A stretch of DNA of 64,000 nt. Origin: Myxococcales bacterium (GTDB lineage Bacteria; Myxococcota_A; Polyangia; Polyangiales; DASUME01). The position numbers and the translations under genes are program-made. Numbering within the stretch: the stretch's first letter is position 1; every line of letters begins with the position of its first letter. Location: positions 1,920,001 through 1,984,000 of the forward strand of contig JASGJH010000001.1 in assembly GCA_047601445.1 (NCBI GenBank). The letters are read 5' to 3'. Shown here piece after piece: positions 63,043-64,000 of the stretch. The notes under the pieces were generated by a model. That model was not told where the DNA came from, did no database searches, and saw nothing but the letters and a program-made list of their open reading frames with translations.

Positions 63043-64000
63043 CTACTGCAGCGAGATGATCTGCGTCACGGTCTCACCGGGCTTCACGCTCACGGTGATG
63101 TTCTTGCGCAGGCCGAACTCGGGGTTGACCAACGTGATGCGGTGGTCGCCGGCTGCCATCTGCAAGTTCATTTGCGGGGTGTTGCCGATCATCTTTCCAT
63201 CGACGAACACCTGCGACCACGGCCGCGAGTTCAAACGCACCGTACCGGTGCCACCGGATGCCCCGCGCGGACGCGGAGCCACCGGATCCCGGCGCACCAC
63301 TCCCGGCCCGCGGGTGGTGGTCACGGCGGTGTCGTCGGAAGCCGCGACGGCGGTGGTGCTCTTCATGAGCACCGCGCGCACCGCGAGCTCGTTCGAGCCG
63401 CTCGGCGAGGTGAGGTTCTCGCTGTGATTCTCGAAGCCCTTTTTGGAGACCTCGAGGACCCACGGCGTGCCGTTGTTCTCCAGCGTCACGTCCACGGGCG
63501 TCTTGCCCAGCGGTCGGCGCTCGCCCCCGCGCGACACGGCCGCATCGGCGTTCGGCGGCTCGGATGTGACGCGCACGCGAATCTGCTGCGCCTCGAGCAC
63601 CGTGCGGGTCAGGCTCTGGTCCACACCGGCGCGCACTTCGACAGGGATGGATGCCTCGCGATAGCCGTTGAGGCGCACCTTCACGTCGTAGCGACGCGGC
63701 ACCAGGTTGCCGACGCGCAGCGGGGTCAGCCCACCGAGTTCCTGCCCGTCCAAGAAGACCTTGGCACCGGGCGGCAGGGTCTCGAGCGAGAAGCCGCCCG
63801 TGGCCGCCGCGACATCGCCACCGGTCGGGCCGCCTGCACCCTGCACCTCGAGGCCCACCGGCAGCTGCAGCGTCTGGCCGGGCTGCACCTGGACTTCCTG
63901 GGACCAGCTGCTGTAGCCGGCTTTGCGCACCTCGATCAGGTGGTTCTCATTGGGCGCCACACCAGTGACCACGAAGGGACTCGCAGTCCCCACCGGCTTG
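63043..64000 (-). CDS. Multi-PEGA domain protein, C-terminal part (5' end outside window)
   Basis: Repeated S/T-x-P-x-GA-x-V..DG...G.TP motifs (TLPPGAKVFLDG, SEPPNADA, SRPWSQVFVDG..IGNTP). Confidence 0.85.
   Translation of the reverse strand, partial: KPVGTASPFVVTGVAPNENHLIEVRKAGYSSWSQEVQVQPGQTLQLPVGLEVQGAGGPTGGDVAAATGGFSLETLPPGAKVFLDGQELGGLTPLRVGNLVPRRYDVKVRLNGYREASIPVEVRAGVDQSLTRTVLEAQQIRVRVTSEPPNADAAVSRGGERRPLGKTPVDVTLENNGTPWVLEVSKKGFENHSENLTSPSGSNELAVRAVLMKSTTAVAASDDTAVTTTRGPGVVRRDPVAPRPRGASGGTGTVRLNSRPWSQVFVDGKMIGNTPQMNLQMAAGDHRITLVNPEFGLRKNITVSVKPGETVTQIISLQ

Overview
High-GC window that reads as core chromosome of a myxobacterium (probably Polyangia; inferred from the Ser/Thr kinase-PEGA, FHA-sigma54 activator and DAG-linker lipoprotein genes). 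It is mostly housekeeping: hisC, mutS, scpAB, bcp, map, parAB, folD, lgt/lspA, 5-oxoprolinase, nusB-ribH, ribB-ribD-nrdR, rlmD, mnmA-iscS and a pheA fusion. Main points: (1) several open genes encode enzyme folds with eroded active sites: an AroA-like protein missed by the ORF track, the DAHP-synthase domain fused to PheA, a shrunken PPDK-like protein, the RibA half of RibBA and an Mrr-like domain. (2) A ~10.6 kb block of two circularly permuted ATP-grasp ligases, alpha-E domains and two transglutaminase-like proteins separates ribB from ribH. (3) A HARE-HTH protein carries (DR)11, poly-Arg and acidic tracts. (4) Two single-base frameshifts (lspA and a pilin-like gene) share the same AGATC->AGAATC change. 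(5) A ~165 bp palindromic MITE-like element sits between parA and parB. I saw no rRNA, tRNA, CRISPR array, integrase or transposase. All calls come from motif recognition by eye; no database search was run.
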